64,000 bases of DNA from Collinsella aerofaciens. GTDB taxonomy: Bacteria > Actinomycetota > Coriobacteriia > Coriobacteriales > Coriobacteriaceae. The notes under the pieces are model-generated. The model was not told where the DNA came from, ran no database searches, and was given only the letters and a program-made list of their open reading frames with translations. The stretch covers positions 73 through 64,072 of the forward strand of contig DBGFJU010000042.1 of the NCBI GenBank assembly GCA_048529485.1. The letters are read 5' to 3'. Made by a program: the position numbers and the translations under genes. Below are positions 1-10,260 of this stretch, in pieces (position 1 is the stretch's first letter; each line of letters begins with the position of its first letter).

Positions 1-125
1 GTGCGCCGCTGCGCGGCTAGCCCGCGTGCTCCTCGGCGGGGTTGGTCTGATTGTTTTTGTTGAAGCTCTGCCTTTGGCTCAAATGGAAACGGGAGACGCA
101 TCTGCATCCCCCGCTTTTGTTGTGG

Positions 126-593
126 TTACTCTAGGTCAATAAATTTAGTGCTTAGGATCTTGCCGTCTTTTACTAGCATTCTGGCCATGGTGGGGCCTCG
201 GGTGCCTCTGGGGTAGCTGGCGCTGCCCGGGTTGAGGACTAAGCAACGGCCCACTTGGGCTTCTTTGGTTACGTGGGTATGGCCGTTGATGGCTACGTCT
301 ACGGATCCCACCGGAAGGTCTTCGCGGTAGTGGGCTACGGCGAATTTGAGGCCTTCGTAGGTAAAGAGCGCAAGACGGTCTACATCGGGGCCGTAGTCGC
401 GGTAGTAATCGTTGTTGCCCAGTACGGCCCGAACGGGGGCGATGGTGCATAGGTGCTCGTAGTCCATCTCTGACGTGAGGTCGCCGGCGTGGATGATCAG
501 GTCTGCGCCCTCAAGCTCATCCAAGAGCGCAGGCGATAAATAGCCGTGGGTGTCCGAGATGATGTCGATGCGCTTGGCGCTTGCACTGTTCAT
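126..593 (-). CDS. Metallophosphoesterase (YfcE/MJ0936-like)
   Basis: Motifs ISDTHG, HAGD, GNND, GHTH, NPGS; ATG at 593 chosen over the longer ORF. Confidence 0.85.
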   Translation of the reverse strand: MNSASAKRIDIISDTHGYLSPALLDELEGADLIIHAGDLTSEMDYEHLCTIAPVRAVLGNNDYYRDYGPDVDRLALFTYEGLKFAVAHYREDLPVGSVDVAINGHTHVTKEAQVGRCLVLNPGSASYPRGTRGPTMARMLVKDGKILSTKFIDLE

Positions 594-688
594 GGGATCC
601 CTTCCGCAAAAAACGATTCGGCAGATACATACAAAAAGGCCCCACGGCTCCGCAGACGATGGGTCTACAGGGCTGCGGGGCCAGTGTG

Positions 689-1405
689 CTAGAGACTCAG
701 AGCCTTCTTGAGCGGCACGACGCGGCGGCGCGAAACCGGCACGCGTTCGTCGACGCCCGTAATGCCCAGCTGGATGGCGCCCGAGGGCACCGTCTCCACA
801 TCCGTGACGCACGCCAAGTTGACGATATAGCGGCGGTGAACACGGAAGAAGCCAAAGTCGCAGAGCTTGGCCTCAAACTGCGCCAGCGAGGTCGTCGACA
901 AAAAGCGATCATCGACGGTATAGATGCAGGAGTAATCGTCCTTGGCCATGATAAAGCGAATGTCGTCCACGGGAATGAGCACCTTGCGGCCGCCCTTTTC
1001 CACCGGGATACGCTCGATGGTCACCTTGCTGTCCGTAACCGGCTTGGTGCGTTGCATGACCTTCTCGATCGCGCGATCCAAGCGAGCTTCCTCGACCGGC
1101 TTCATCAGATAATCGACGGCATCCACGTCGAACGCCTCGACCGCATGGTCACTATACGCAGTCACAAACACGATCGCCGGCGGATTTTTGAGCTTATGCA
1201 GCGCCTCGGCAAGTTGCAGGCCCGAGGCACCGGGCATCGAGATATCGAGAAACACGACATCCACGCGACTTTCCATAAGCATCTCGATGGCGGAGCGGAC
1301 GCTCGACGCCTCCGTGATCGTGCCGATCTTGCCCGTTTGCTCGAGCAGGAAGCGAAGCTCCGAGCGAGCCGGCGCCTCATCATCCACAATCATCGCACGC
1401 AGCAT
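689..1405 (-). CDS. LytTR-family response regulator
   Basis: Receiver motifs VDDE, FLDI.MP, FVTAY, DYLMKP; LytTR motifs FFRVHRRYIVN, VPVSRR. Confidence 0.92.
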   Translation of the reverse strand: MLRAMIVDDEAPARSELRFLLEQTGKIGTITEASSVRSAIEMLMESRVDVVFLDISMPGASGLQLAEALHKLKNPPAIVFVTAYSDHAVEAFDVDAVDYLMKPVEEARLDRAIEKVMQRTKPVTDSKVTIERIPVEKGGRKVLIPVDDIRFIMAKDDYSCIYTVDDRFLSTTSLAQFEAKLCDFGFFRVHRRYIVNLACVTDVETVPSGAIQLGITGVDERVPVSRRRVVPLKKALSL

Positions 1406-1477
1406 AGGGATAAAACCTTTCGTCAACTAACTACGCCGGGCATCCGTCGCATGACGTTGAGCCCGTAGCCTTTTATT

Positions 1478-2821
1478 TTACTCTTGAATGTCAAAGATGC
1501 TCTCTGACAAATCAAGATGAAGGAGCACTTTGGTGCCCTTGCCCGGCGCCGATTCGACACGCGTATAGGAGTGCGGCCCATAAAAGCGATGGATGCGCTC
1601 CGAAATATTGTGCATGGCCACACCGGCGCCGCCACCCTGGGGAGAGCTGGCGTCGGGACGGGCAGAACGCTCGTCAAACAGTCTGGCGGCGGTACCCTCA
1701 TCCATGCCCACGCCATTATCGGCCACGGCAATCAAGATTGCATCCTCGCCGTCTTGGTGAACGGTCACGTCGATCCTCAGGGCGTCGTCATCGCCCATAC
1801 CATGACGTACGGCGTTCTCGACAATCGGCTGGATCACGAACGCCGGCACCAGCGTATCTTCCACGTCCTCGGACACATCGAACGTCGCAAGCACGCGGTC
1901 CTCGCCAAAGCGGGCCTTCTCAAAGGTAAGGTAGCGCTTGGTCTGTGTAACCTCGCGCGAGACCGGAATAAGCGATCCCGAGTTGTCGAGCGTGGCACGA
2001 TAGAACGATGAGAACTCACGAAGCAGTTCGCGGGCCCGCAGCGGGTCGGTGCGCGTAAACGATGCAATGGTGTTCAGCGTGTTGAACAGGAAGTGCGGGT
2101 TAATCTGCGCTTGCAGCGCACGCACCTCGGCGCGCGCCGTGAGTTCCTTTTGCACCTCGAGCTCGTGGATGGCGAGCTGCGTGGACAAGATCTCGGCAAA
2201 GCCCGAGGCAAGCGCGTACTGGGTACGGTCGACGGCGCGCGGGGTCTTGTAGTAGAACTTGAGCGTGCCGACGGTACGATCGCCCACCTTGATGGGGGCG
2301 ATAATGCCGGCGGGGACTTGGTTGTGCGAGCCATCCGAGCCCACGACATCCACCATACGGTTGAACGACTGCACGATGCCATGTTCGATAACGTAGCGTG
2401 TGGCAAGCGTGTGGATGGGAGAATCTGGCAGTAGTTTTTCCTCAAACTCGCCTGCGCAGGCCAACACGTTGCCCTCGTCGGTGATGGCCACCGTCATGGC
2501 GCGCGTCTCGGGCAAAATGCGCCGGCACACCAAACGCGCCGACTCCTGCGTCAGACCGCCCTTAATGTCCTCAAGCATGGCCGAGGCCACCGAGAGCGTC
2601 TCCTCGGTGTACTGGGAGCGCACCGAATCGGGATTGAGCGTCAAAAAGATAAAGATGCACAGAAAGATGCACAGCAGCGCGCAGGCAATCACCGTGGCGA
2701 TCGGCTCGATACCGGTCACCAAGGCAAAAATAAAGTACACCAGCACGCAAATGGCGCAGGCAACGGCAATGATGCGAAAGATTGATATTGAACTATCGCG
2801 CTGGGCGCGGCGGTCGATCAT
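1478..2821 (-). CDS. LytS/YehU-type sensor histidine kinase (2 TM, GAF-like, His_kinase)
   Basis: ALQAQINPHFLFNTLN, QPIVENAVRHG, DNGVGM; two N-terminal hydrophobic helices. Confidence 0.9.
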   Translation of the reverse strand: MIDRRAQRDSSISIFRIIAVACAICVLVYFIFALVTGIEPIATVIACALLCIFLCIFIFLTLNPDSVRSQYTEETLSVASAMLEDIKGGLTQESARLVCRRILPETRAMTVAITDEGNVLACAGEFEEKLLPDSPIHTLATRYVIEHGIVQSFNRMVDVVGSDGSHNQVPAGIIAPIKVGDRTVGTLKFYYKTPRAVDRTQYALASGFAEILSTQLAIHELEVQKELTARAEVRALQAQINPHFLFNTLNTIASFTRTDPLRARELLREFSSFYRATLDNSGSLIPVSREVTQTKRYLTFEKARFGEDRVLATFDVSEDVEDTLVPAFVIQPIVENAVRHGMGDDDALRIDVTVHQDGEDAILIAVADNGVGMDEGTAARLFDERSARPDASSPQGGGAGVAMHNISERIHRFYGPHSYTRVESAPGKGTKVLLHLDLSESIFDIQE

Positions 2822-4005
2822 TCGGCCCCCTCCAGGATACTGATCAGTTGTGCGTCACGCCAAAGCCCGTCCATGATCTTGGGCCAAAAGCTCTGGAAAC
2901 GCAGGTAGCTTGCAGCGTTTTGGCGCGCATAGGCCTTTGCCTCGTCGATACCATGGCGCCAGATGCGCAGGTAGCCCTCATGCTCGCGGGTAAACACGCT
3001 GCGGACCATAGCGGTCTTGCGCACGCGGTCGTCGAGCTCGCGCGAAATCCACGGGCCCGGGTAGGGCATGAGCGATGCCGCCGTAACGGGAATGAGCTCC
3101 TTTTGATGCGCGGCGAATGTCAACTTTGCCCTTTCGTAGTACCAACGGTATACATCCTGCATAAAGCGCGGTGAGCGCTTTTCGGACTCCGGAGGCAGAT
3201 GACGCACGGTCCACTCGTTATCGAACCACACGTCGTAGCCAAACATGCGCATGTTAAAGAGGTAATCCAAGTCCTCGCCGCGGGTGATAAACGGGTCAAA
3301 GGCTACACGCGTAAAGGCGCGGGCGTGCAGGGCCATCAGGCCGCCGCACACGTAGTTGGAGCGCGAGATGCGGGTGCCCGAGAGCGCCTTTTTCATCCAA
3401 CGGTTGAACTCGATGCGCTTGGTCCACCAACGATGGCAGATGCCCGCCTTGTCCGTGGGAGCCAGCGGCGAGCCGTCGCGATCGTAGAAATAGCCGCTCT
3501 TGACCAAGATCGGCAAGCCCTGACGCGTCTGCTGCCCCAACGCATAGGTCGCGCGCTTCATAAAGTCGGCGTCGATGACAGTCTCATCGTCATCCAAGAA
3601 GATAACCGCGTCATGCCCCAGCACAGCGGCGCAGGCTAGCCCCATATTGCGGATGGCACCGTAGCCTCGCAGGCTCACGCACTCGCCCGAACCCTTGGGC
3701 GCGATCTGAGCAACCCGGTCTGCGATGCGCGAGGCCTGGGTGTTGGTGACAACGGTGACCTTGAGCGTGGGATGCGCGTCGACAATCTCGTGCACGCGCA
3801 GCGACACATCGGCTGTGGCAGAAACGGGACAGACCACCAAAAGGATGATGCGCGGGATGTCACGTACCTGCTCAAGCGAGGCCAGGCAGCGGTCGAGTTC
3901 GGGATTGTCGGCGTTGAGTCGCGTCGAATGGTCATAGGTGCCAGGGGCGTTTGCGCAAGCGTCATCGCCCGCCCAATACGTTGGAATCACGACTGTGGCG
4001 TTCAT
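2818..4005 (-). CDS. Glycosyltransferase family 2-like protein
   Basis: VVIPTY, AIRNMG, FLDDD (DxD), RGEDLD motifs; 4-bp overlap with the kinase start. Confidence 0.7.
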   Translation of the reverse strand: MNATVVIPTYWAGDDACANAPGTYDHSTRLNADNPELDRCLASLEQVRDIPRIILLVVCPVSATADVSLRVHEIVDAHPTLKVTVVTNTQASRIADRVAQIAPKGSGECVSLRGYGAIRNMGLACAAVLGHDAVIFLDDDETVIDADFMKRATYALGQQTRQGLPILVKSGYFYDRDGSPLAPTDKAGICHRWWTKRIEFNRWMKKALSGTRISRSNYVCGGLMALHARAFTRVAFDPFITRGEDLDYLFNMRMFGYDVWFDNEWTVRHLPPESEKRSPRFMQDVYRWYYERAKLTFAAHQKELIPVTAASLMPYPGPWISRELDDRVRKTAMVRSVFTREHEGYLRIWRHGIDEAKAYARQNAASYLRFQSFWPKIMDGLWRDAQLISILEGAE

Positions 4006-4176
4006 GCCTTACCCTCCCTGCAACACAAAAACGGGACGCCGCCAAACACAGGCGACGCCCCGCGACCTAGCTGATTCCATCATACCCACTTGGGCAAATC
4101 ATTGCTCGCAAGTCGCAATGTTTATTGCGGATAACCCCAAAAGAGTACCGTGGACAGGCACAATAGCCGCTCGCTC

Positions 4177-5436
4177 CTATGCGGCATGCTCTGCTGCCCG
4201 AGTCATGCGGGACAGGCGAACCAGCAGCATAAAGCCAACGATCAGCAGCACGCCAATAGAAAGGACGCCCAGCGACGGGTTGCCGGTCAGCGAGGTAACG
4301 ACCGACACTAGGAAGGTACCCATGACGCTTGCATAACGACCAAAGATGTCAAAGAAGCCGTAGTACTCGTTGGACTTTTCCTTGGGGATAATGCGACCAA
4401 AGTAGCTACGGCTGAGCGCCTGCACGCCGCCCTGGAACAGGCCGACCATAATGGCAAGCACCCAAAATTCAAAGGCGGTCTTTAGGAAGAACGCGGCGAA
4501 CAGCACAATGCCCATGTAGGCGGCGACCGCCACCAGGATCATGTTGAGCGTGCCCACGCGTCCGGCGAGCTTGCCGTAGATGATGGCGGACGGAAAGGCC
4601 ACGAACTGCGTAACGAGCAGCGCCAGCACCAGCTGCGTCGAATCGATGCCCAAGGCCGATCCGTAACTGGTGGCCATGGAAATGACCGTGTGCACACCGT
4701 CGATATAGAAGAAGAACGCGATCATGTAGACCAGCACGGTCTTGTTGTGGGCGATCTCGCGCATGGTGTGTCCGACCTCGGAGAACACACCACCCACGAT
4801 GTGGCCGATGGTGTCCTCGGGACCGCGCTCGCGACCGTACTTTTGCTTATAGGTGCGAATGAGCGGCAGGGTAAAGATGAGCCACCAGGCACCAGTGATG
4901 ATAAACGACAGACGCGTTGCCAGCATGGTGGGGACGCCAAGAGCGGGGCCACCCATGATGAGCGCCAGGCAGATGACGAACGGCACGGTGGAACCGATGT
5001 AGCCCCAGGCATAACCCGAGCTGGACACGGCGTCCATGCGCTCGTCGGTGGTAATGTCGGGCAGCATGGCGTCGTAGAACGTCATAGAAGAGTTAAGGCC
5101 GATGGTGCACAGCACGTACACGGTCAAAAATGCCATGGCGGACATTGGGATAGCCTGCGCCAGGCAAAGCACCAGGCCCGTGAGGAAGAAGCCCAAGAAG
5201 AACTTGATCTTGTTGCCAGCGTAGTCGGCAAGCGCGCCCAGAATGGGCATGAGCATGGCGATGACCAGCGAGGCGATCGTCTGCGCATTGCCCCAGGCGA
5301 CCACCAGGTCGGCCGAGGAAGCGCCGGTATTGATGGCGTTAAAGTAAATGGGCACCACCGAGGTATTGAGCAGCACAAGGGCCGAATTGCCCACATCATA
5401 CATAACCCAGTTACGCTCGAGCTTGGTGTATTTCAT
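4177..5436 (-). CDS. MFS transporter (UMF1/Atg22-like)
   Basis: About 12 hydrophobic segments; WVMYDVGNS, GALAD, GYAWGYIG, LSRSYFGRIIP motifs. Confidence 0.85.
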   Translation of the reverse strand: MKYTKLERNWVMYDVGNSALVLLNTSVVPIYFNAINTGASSADLVVAWGNAQTIASLVIAMLMPILGALADYAGNKIKFFLGFFLTGLVLCLAQAIPMSAMAFLTVYVLCTIGLNSSMTFYDAMLPDITTDERMDAVSSSGYAWGYIGSTVPFVICLALIMGGPALGVPTMLATRLSFIITGAWWLIFTLPLIRTYKQKYGRERGPEDTIGHIVGGVFSEVGHTMREIAHNKTVLVYMIAFFFYIDGVHTVISMATSYGSALGIDSTQLVLALLVTQFVAFPSAIIYGKLAGRVGTLNMILVAVAAYMGIVLFAAFFLKTAFEFWVLAIMVGLFQGGVQALSRSYFGRIIPKEKSNEYYGFFDIFGRYASVMGTFLVSVVTSLTGNPSLGVLSIGVLLIVGFMLLVRLSRMTRAAEHAA

Positions 5437-5537
5437 GGACAGGGACCCTTCGTATTCGCCCGATATGCAGTTAGTTCATCGTACCCCAATTGTCCAGAAG
5501 CACCGGTAAGGATTCGGCAAAGGGGCACGCACAGGCC

Positions 5538-6482
5538 CTATTCCTCGCGGTCGAACTCCTCATCGGCTTCGAGCACGCGACCGCTGTAGTTGATGTGGCC
5601 GGTCACGGCATCCATGTCACCGGTCTCGATAAAACGTGCGACCGTGCACTCGTAATCGACCAGCGCGCGATCAAAGACCTCGGGGAAACTCTCGTTCGAG
5701 ACCTCGTCGGTAAAGGGATTCTTCCATGTCAGATGGCCCAGGTTACCGGTGCGCTCGGGCAGCTCCGTCGTCACGCGATGGGCAAGGCCGTCGAGCAGCG
5801 AGTAGTCGTGCACCAAGCCCTCAACCAGCGAGATCGCGCGCGTCTTTGCGGAGCCGGCCGGCTCAATCGCGCGGTAAAGTCGCTGCATATTGGCAACGGC
5901 AGCACCGTACTCCCCCGCCGGAATGTCAATGCCGTACACGCGTCCGGCAACATAGCTCATCAGCACGCCGGCCACGCGATTGATGCGATCGGTGGTGACG
6001 ATCTCGCCCGCCGGCGGGTAATCGTCGACCGTAGCGCCATCGCGTTTAAGCTGCAGCATCAGCACATCCAGGTCGCTCTCGATCACGGCATGGACCTGAC
6101 TGCTCGAATTCTCAAGCTCTGAATCGGACTCCACGATGCCAAACTGCTGCTCATAGACAAAAGGATGGGCGTTGCGGTCGAGCACGTAATGAGACAGCAG
6201 GCCCAGCGCAAAGGCACGACCCAAGCTGGCGTCGCGCGGCAGCAGATGCGACACGCCGTCGCGCAGGCACGCGAACTGGCGAGACATGCGCGACCGATGC
6301 ATGACCTGCGCCAGCAGCGTGCAGTCGGAAACACGCGGTGTCAGAATGTGAAAGAAAAACGGGTCGGGGCCTTGGTTGCCCAAGATAAAGGCAATGCGCT
6401 CTTCATCGGACGTGATGACGCCCTGCGGAAGACGGTCGATGCTTTCCTCGCCAAACAGATGATGGGTGATAAGCGCGGGCAT
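5538..6482 (-). CDS. Zinc-dependent phospholipase C family protein
   Basis: N-terminal MPALITH, GNQGPDPFFF, SHYVLDRNAHPFV, H..IESDLD. Confidence 0.75.
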   Translation of the reverse strand: MPALITHHLFGEESIDRLPQGVITSDEERIAFILGNQGPDPFFFHILTPRVSDCTLLAQVMHRSRMSRQFACLRDGVSHLLPRDASLGRAFALGLLSHYVLDRNAHPFVYEQQFGIVESDSELENSSSQVHAVIESDLDVLMLQLKRDGATVDDYPPAGEIVTTDRINRVAGVLMSYVAGRVYGIDIPAGEYGAAVANMQRLYRAIEPAGSAKTRAISLVEGLVHDYSLLDGLAHRVTTELPERTGNLGHLTWKNPFTDEVSNESFPEVFDRALVDYECTVARFIETGDMDAVTGHINYSGRVLEADEEFDREE

Positions 6483-6574
6483 AATGATCCTTTCGATTTC
6501 ATTCGATGCCACCCATTATGCCCACCGCGCGCCCATGCCAAACCTGCGATGGTAAACGACGGCACGCAGACCGT

Positions 6575-7309
6575 CTACGCAAGCCCCAAGTGTGCTTTAA
6601 CCTCGGCAGCGCGACGGCGGGACACGGGCACCGTCGAGGTTACGCGATCGAGCCTGAGCTCCATAAGACCCGTGGAACCGATCTCGACATTGTGCACGTC
6701 TTCCAAATTGACCAGATAGCTGCGATGGACGCGAATAAAGCCCTCGGAGACCAAGCGACGCTCGAGCGAAGAGATCGACTCATTGATCAGGTACGTTCCC
6801 TCGGCGCAGATGGCGTTGCAAAAATCGGCGCGCGCCTCAAAGTAGCAGACGTCTGCGGCGGGAATGAACACCTTTTTGCCCCCGCGGTCCACCGTCAGAC
6901 GCAAAGGCTGGCGCGGAGCGTGGATAACACGACGGACACCCAAGGCTGCCTCGATCTTGTCGAGTGCCTTTGACAGGCGTGCGTCCTCGACCGGCTTGAC
7001 GACATAATCGACAGCATCGAGGTTATAGGCATCAGCCGCATACTCGGCAAACGCCGTCACAAACACAACCACCGGCGGCGTCTTTAGGTTCTGCAGCGTC
7101 TCGGCAAGCTCAATTCCCGAGCGACCGGGCATGGTAATGTCTAAAAACAGCACGTCGGGCTTGTTCGACAGAATCGACTCCACGGCTTCGGTGACATTGC
7201 CCGCCTCGGCAATCTGGCCCACACGCGTATCCTTTTCCAACAGATAGCGTAGCTCAGCCCTAATGGGAGGTTCGTCATCAACCACCAAGATGTTCCAGCC
7301 TTCGGACAT
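6575..7309 (-). CDS. LytTR-family response regulator (second paralog)
   Basis: VDDE, FLDITMP, FVTAF, FIRVHRSYLVN, VPVSRR. Confidence 0.92.
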   Translation of the reverse strand: MSEGWNILVVDDEPPIRAELRYLLEKDTRVGQIAEAGNVTEAVESILSNKPDVLFLDITMPGRSGIELAETLQNLKTPPVVVFVTAFAEYAADAYNLDAVDYVVKPVEDARLSKALDKIEAALGVRRVIHAPRQPLRLTVDRGGKKVFIPAADVCYFEARADFCNAICAEGTYLINESISSLERRLVSEGFIRVHRSYLVNLEDVHNVEIGSTGLMELRLDRVTSTVPVSRRRAAEVKAHLGLA

Positions 7310-7347
7310 ATGTGCTTCCCCTCTTTTTCTCTCAATCCAACCGCGTG

Positions 7348-8739
7348 CTACGCCGTCAACGGCGCCGGCTCATGCGGCTCGCCGTTCAGCTCGACGATGA
7401 CCTGCGTTCCCACGCCCTCCTGGGACTTCACGCGCATGCCGGAATCTTCTCCGTAAAAGAAATGGATGCGCTGAAGCACGTTGAAGAGCGCCAGGCCGCA
7501 ACCTCGCTTGACGGAGCCGTCGGCGGTAATGCTCTCGGGCTCCTCCAGGCGATGTTGCTCAAACAGATGCGCGCAGACTTCTTCGCTCATACCGATGCCA
7601 TCGTCCTCGACGATGATCTCCAAACCGTCATCGGTCTCGAAAGCCCTAACATGAATAGAAAGCGGCTCGGTCTCGCGCTGCGCGTGCTTGATGCAGTTTT
7701 CGAGCAACGGCTGCAAGATAAACGGCGGCACCATGCAATCGCGCACCTCAAAGTCGATATCGACCGAGACGCGCAGACGGCCGTCGCCATAACGAGCCTG
7801 CATAAGATTGATATAGCGAGTGCCCTGTTCCACCTCGTGCTCGAGCGTTGTGAGGGTATCGGAATCAGAAAGCGTCTGACGGTAGTAATTGGAAAAGTCG
7901 ATCAGCAGCGACCTGGCCTTGTCCGGCTCGGTACGTACGAGCGACACGATGGTGCTGATGGTGTTAAACAGAAAATGAGGATCGACCTGCGATTGCAAGG
8001 CGCGCAGCTCCACGCGGGCCGTAAGCTCGTCCTGGCGCTCGAGCTCAAAGCTCGCAAGCTGCGTGGAAATGAGGTCGGCAAAGCCCGAGGCAAGCGCCGT
8101 CTGGCGCATATCGATGCTGCTCAGACGGGGATAATACAGCTCGAGCGTACCCACGCAATGCCCGCGCACGGTAAGCGGTGCGACAATACCGGCGCGCAGG
8201 CGCGGAAAGTAGCCACCCGTCTCAGTCGAGGCATCGCGCGAGAACACGCTTTGCTCACCGCTGTTGATCACATTGAGCGTGGTCCGCAGCACCACCGGGG
8301 TGCCCGCGGGGCATTTTGCCGAGTCCTCGCCCCAGCTTGCCAACACCTGCTTGCCGTCGGTAAAGCAGATGGCAGAGGCGATAGTTTCGGACAGGATGAT
8401 CTTAGAGGCGCCCAGGGCAGCTTCGGGCGTAAGGCCGCGCGACGTGTAGGCGAATATTTTAGACGCGATGGCGAGCGTGCGGTCGGTAGCGCTCGATGTG
8501 AGGTCGTCGGGAACGACAAAGACGTACGAGAAGAAGAAGCACAGCATGACCAAGCCGGCAATGACGACAACGGCCGGAACGGGATTGGGATTATCGGTTA
8601 GATCCCAGATGAGCAGCAGGATAAGCAGCGGAACGACAATACCGAGCAAGATGGCTTGAACCACATGCTGAGCGGTACGAAAGACCTTGGTAGAGTTGTA
8701 GCTCTTGCCCAGAATCAGCCTATTGAGATCCACCGTCAT
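7348..8739 (-). CDS. LytS/YehU-type sensor histidine kinase (second paralog)
   Basis: ALQSQVDPHFLFNT, QPLLENCIKH, DDGIGM, GCGLALFNV; ATG at 8739 with AAGGAG RBS. Confidence 0.9.
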   Translation of the reverse strand: MTVDLNRLILGKSYNSTKVFRTAQHVVQAILLGIVVPLLILLLIWDLTDNPNPVPAVVVIAGLVMLCFFFSYVFVVPDDLTSSATDRTLAIASKIFAYTSRGLTPEAALGASKIILSETIASAICFTDGKQVLASWGEDSAKCPAGTPVVLRTTLNVINSGEQSVFSRDASTETGGYFPRLRAGIVAPLTVRGHCVGTLELYYPRLSSIDMRQTALASGFADLISTQLASFELERQDELTARVELRALQSQVDPHFLFNTISTIVSLVRTEPDKARSLLIDFSNYYRQTLSDSDTLTTLEHEVEQGTRYINLMQARYGDGRLRVSVDIDFEVRDCMVPPFILQPLLENCIKHAQRETEPLSIHVRAFETDDGLEIIVEDDGIGMSEEVCAHLFEQHRLEEPESITADGSVKRGCGLALFNVLQRIHFFYGEDSGMRVKSQEGVGTQVIVELNGEPHEPAPLTA

Positions 8740-8851
8740 CTCCTTCTTACTGACGCACCCCATAGCAATAAAGAGGGCCGCAAGCGACCCTCTCCATTGC
8801 ATTATGCAATCAAATACTGTGTTTTACATCAAGCCATCGATGAACGGTAGC

Positions 8852-10129
8852 TTAGGCGCTGTACTTGTTTGCCTCGCCGAAGGTGCCGGCCTCGACAATC
8901 CAGCCGTCCTTCATGATGACGTCCATGTTGTCGGTGTTGAGCACGTGGATGTCGGCGGCGACGTCACCGTTGACGACCAGCAGGTCGGCGCACTTGCCGG
9001 CCTCGATGGAACCGGTCTCGTCCTCGATGTGGCACATCTTGGCACCGTTGAGGGTGGCACAGGTGATGGTCTCGACCGGGGTGAAGCCGATCTTGTCGAC
9101 GAACTCGTACATCTCCTCGATGGAGCAGGTGCCGTACGGGGTGACGAAGGAGAAGGAATCGGAGCCGATCGTCATGACGACGCCACGCTTCTTGGCCTCG
9201 CGCAGGCAGTCGTAGTTGCGCTGCAGCTCCTTCTCAACCAGGGTGCCCTCGTACTTGTCGTGCAGCTCGGGGACGTAGACGGGCGGATAGGTGGCGTACC
9301 AGGTGGGCAGGAAGGCGATCGTCGGGGTGAAGAAGGTGCCCTGCTCGGCCATGAGGTCCATAGTACGCTCATCGATATCGAAGCCGTGAATCAGCTGCTC
9401 GCAGCCAAAGCGAACGGAATCGTAGGCAGCGGCGTGGTTGTTGTAGCAGTGGCTCCACACGGGGATGCCGACCATCTTTGCCTCTTCGACCACGGCCTGA
9501 ATCTCCTCGGAGCAGTAGTGCTGGTCGCGGCCGGAGTCCCAGCGCCAGATGCCGCCACCGGTAGCCCAGATCTTGATGGCATCGGGGTTCTCGCGCAGGC
9601 GACGACGGACGGCCTTGCGCAGATCCCAAGGACCGTCGACTTGATCGCCCCAGGGGTGCGATTCCTTGTTGAGCTCCTGGCTGCAGTGGTGGGAGTCGCC
9701 GTGGCCGGCAACGCGGCAGAAGCCAAGGCCGGTGGCCAGAACGCGCGGGCCCTTGAAGACGCCCTTGTCGATGCAGTCACGGATCTGGATACCAAAGCGA
9801 CCGATCTCGCAGACGGTGGTGAGGCCGTGGGTGAGGCAGTCGTAGGCCTGCTTGACGGCAACGGCCTGCTTCTCGAGGAGCGGCTGCATGACCCAGTCGG
9901 TGTCATCATCGGTCAAATTGCCCGAGAAGTGCAGGTGGGTGTCGATCAGGCCGGGAAGGACGGTCTTGCCGGCGGCGTCGATGACCTCAACGCCCCCGGG
10001 AAGATCCTGCATGGCGCCGGCGTACTCGATCTTGCCGTTGTCGTCGACGAGAACGAGGGAGTTCTCGACCGGCTCGGCACCGGTACCGTCGATGAGCTTA
10101 CCGCCAACGATTGCATACTTAGTGGACAT
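8852..10129 (-). CDS. Metal-dependent amidohydrolase (Xaa-Pro dipeptidase/imidazolonepropionase-like)
   Basis: PGLIDTHLH, IKIWATGG, IGSD, GSIEAGKCADLLVVNGD. Confidence 0.88.
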   Translation of the reverse strand: MSTKYAIVGGKLIDGTGAEPVENSLVLVDDNGKIEYAGAMQDLPGGVEVIDAAGKTVLPGLIDTHLHFSGNLTDDDTDWVMQPLLEKQAVAVKQAYDCLTHGLTTVCEIGRFGIQIRDCIDKGVFKGPRVLATGLGFCRVAGHGDSHHCSQELNKESHPWGDQVDGPWDLRKAVRRRLRENPDAIKIWATGGGIWRWDSGRDQHYCSEEIQAVVEEAKMVGIPVWSHCYNNHAAAYDSVRFGCEQLIHGFDIDERTMDLMAEQGTFFTPTIAFLPTWYATYPPVYVPELHDKYEGTLVEKELQRNYDCLREAKKRGVVMTIGSDSFSFVTPYGTCSIEEMYEFVDKIGFTPVETITCATLNGAKMCHIEDETGSIEAGKCADLLVVNGDVAADIHVLNTDNMDVIMKDGWIVEAGTFGEANKYSA

Positions 10130-10260
10130 GGTTCCTCCTTATGGATCCATATAGTGGGCGAGGCCGTGTTGGGTTAAGGCCTCACAAAGCTACCCAAGTG
10201 GCGCCGGGTTCGGTGCGCGGAAGAGAGGATTCCGCGCACCCGATCCGCCCCGGCTCGGCG

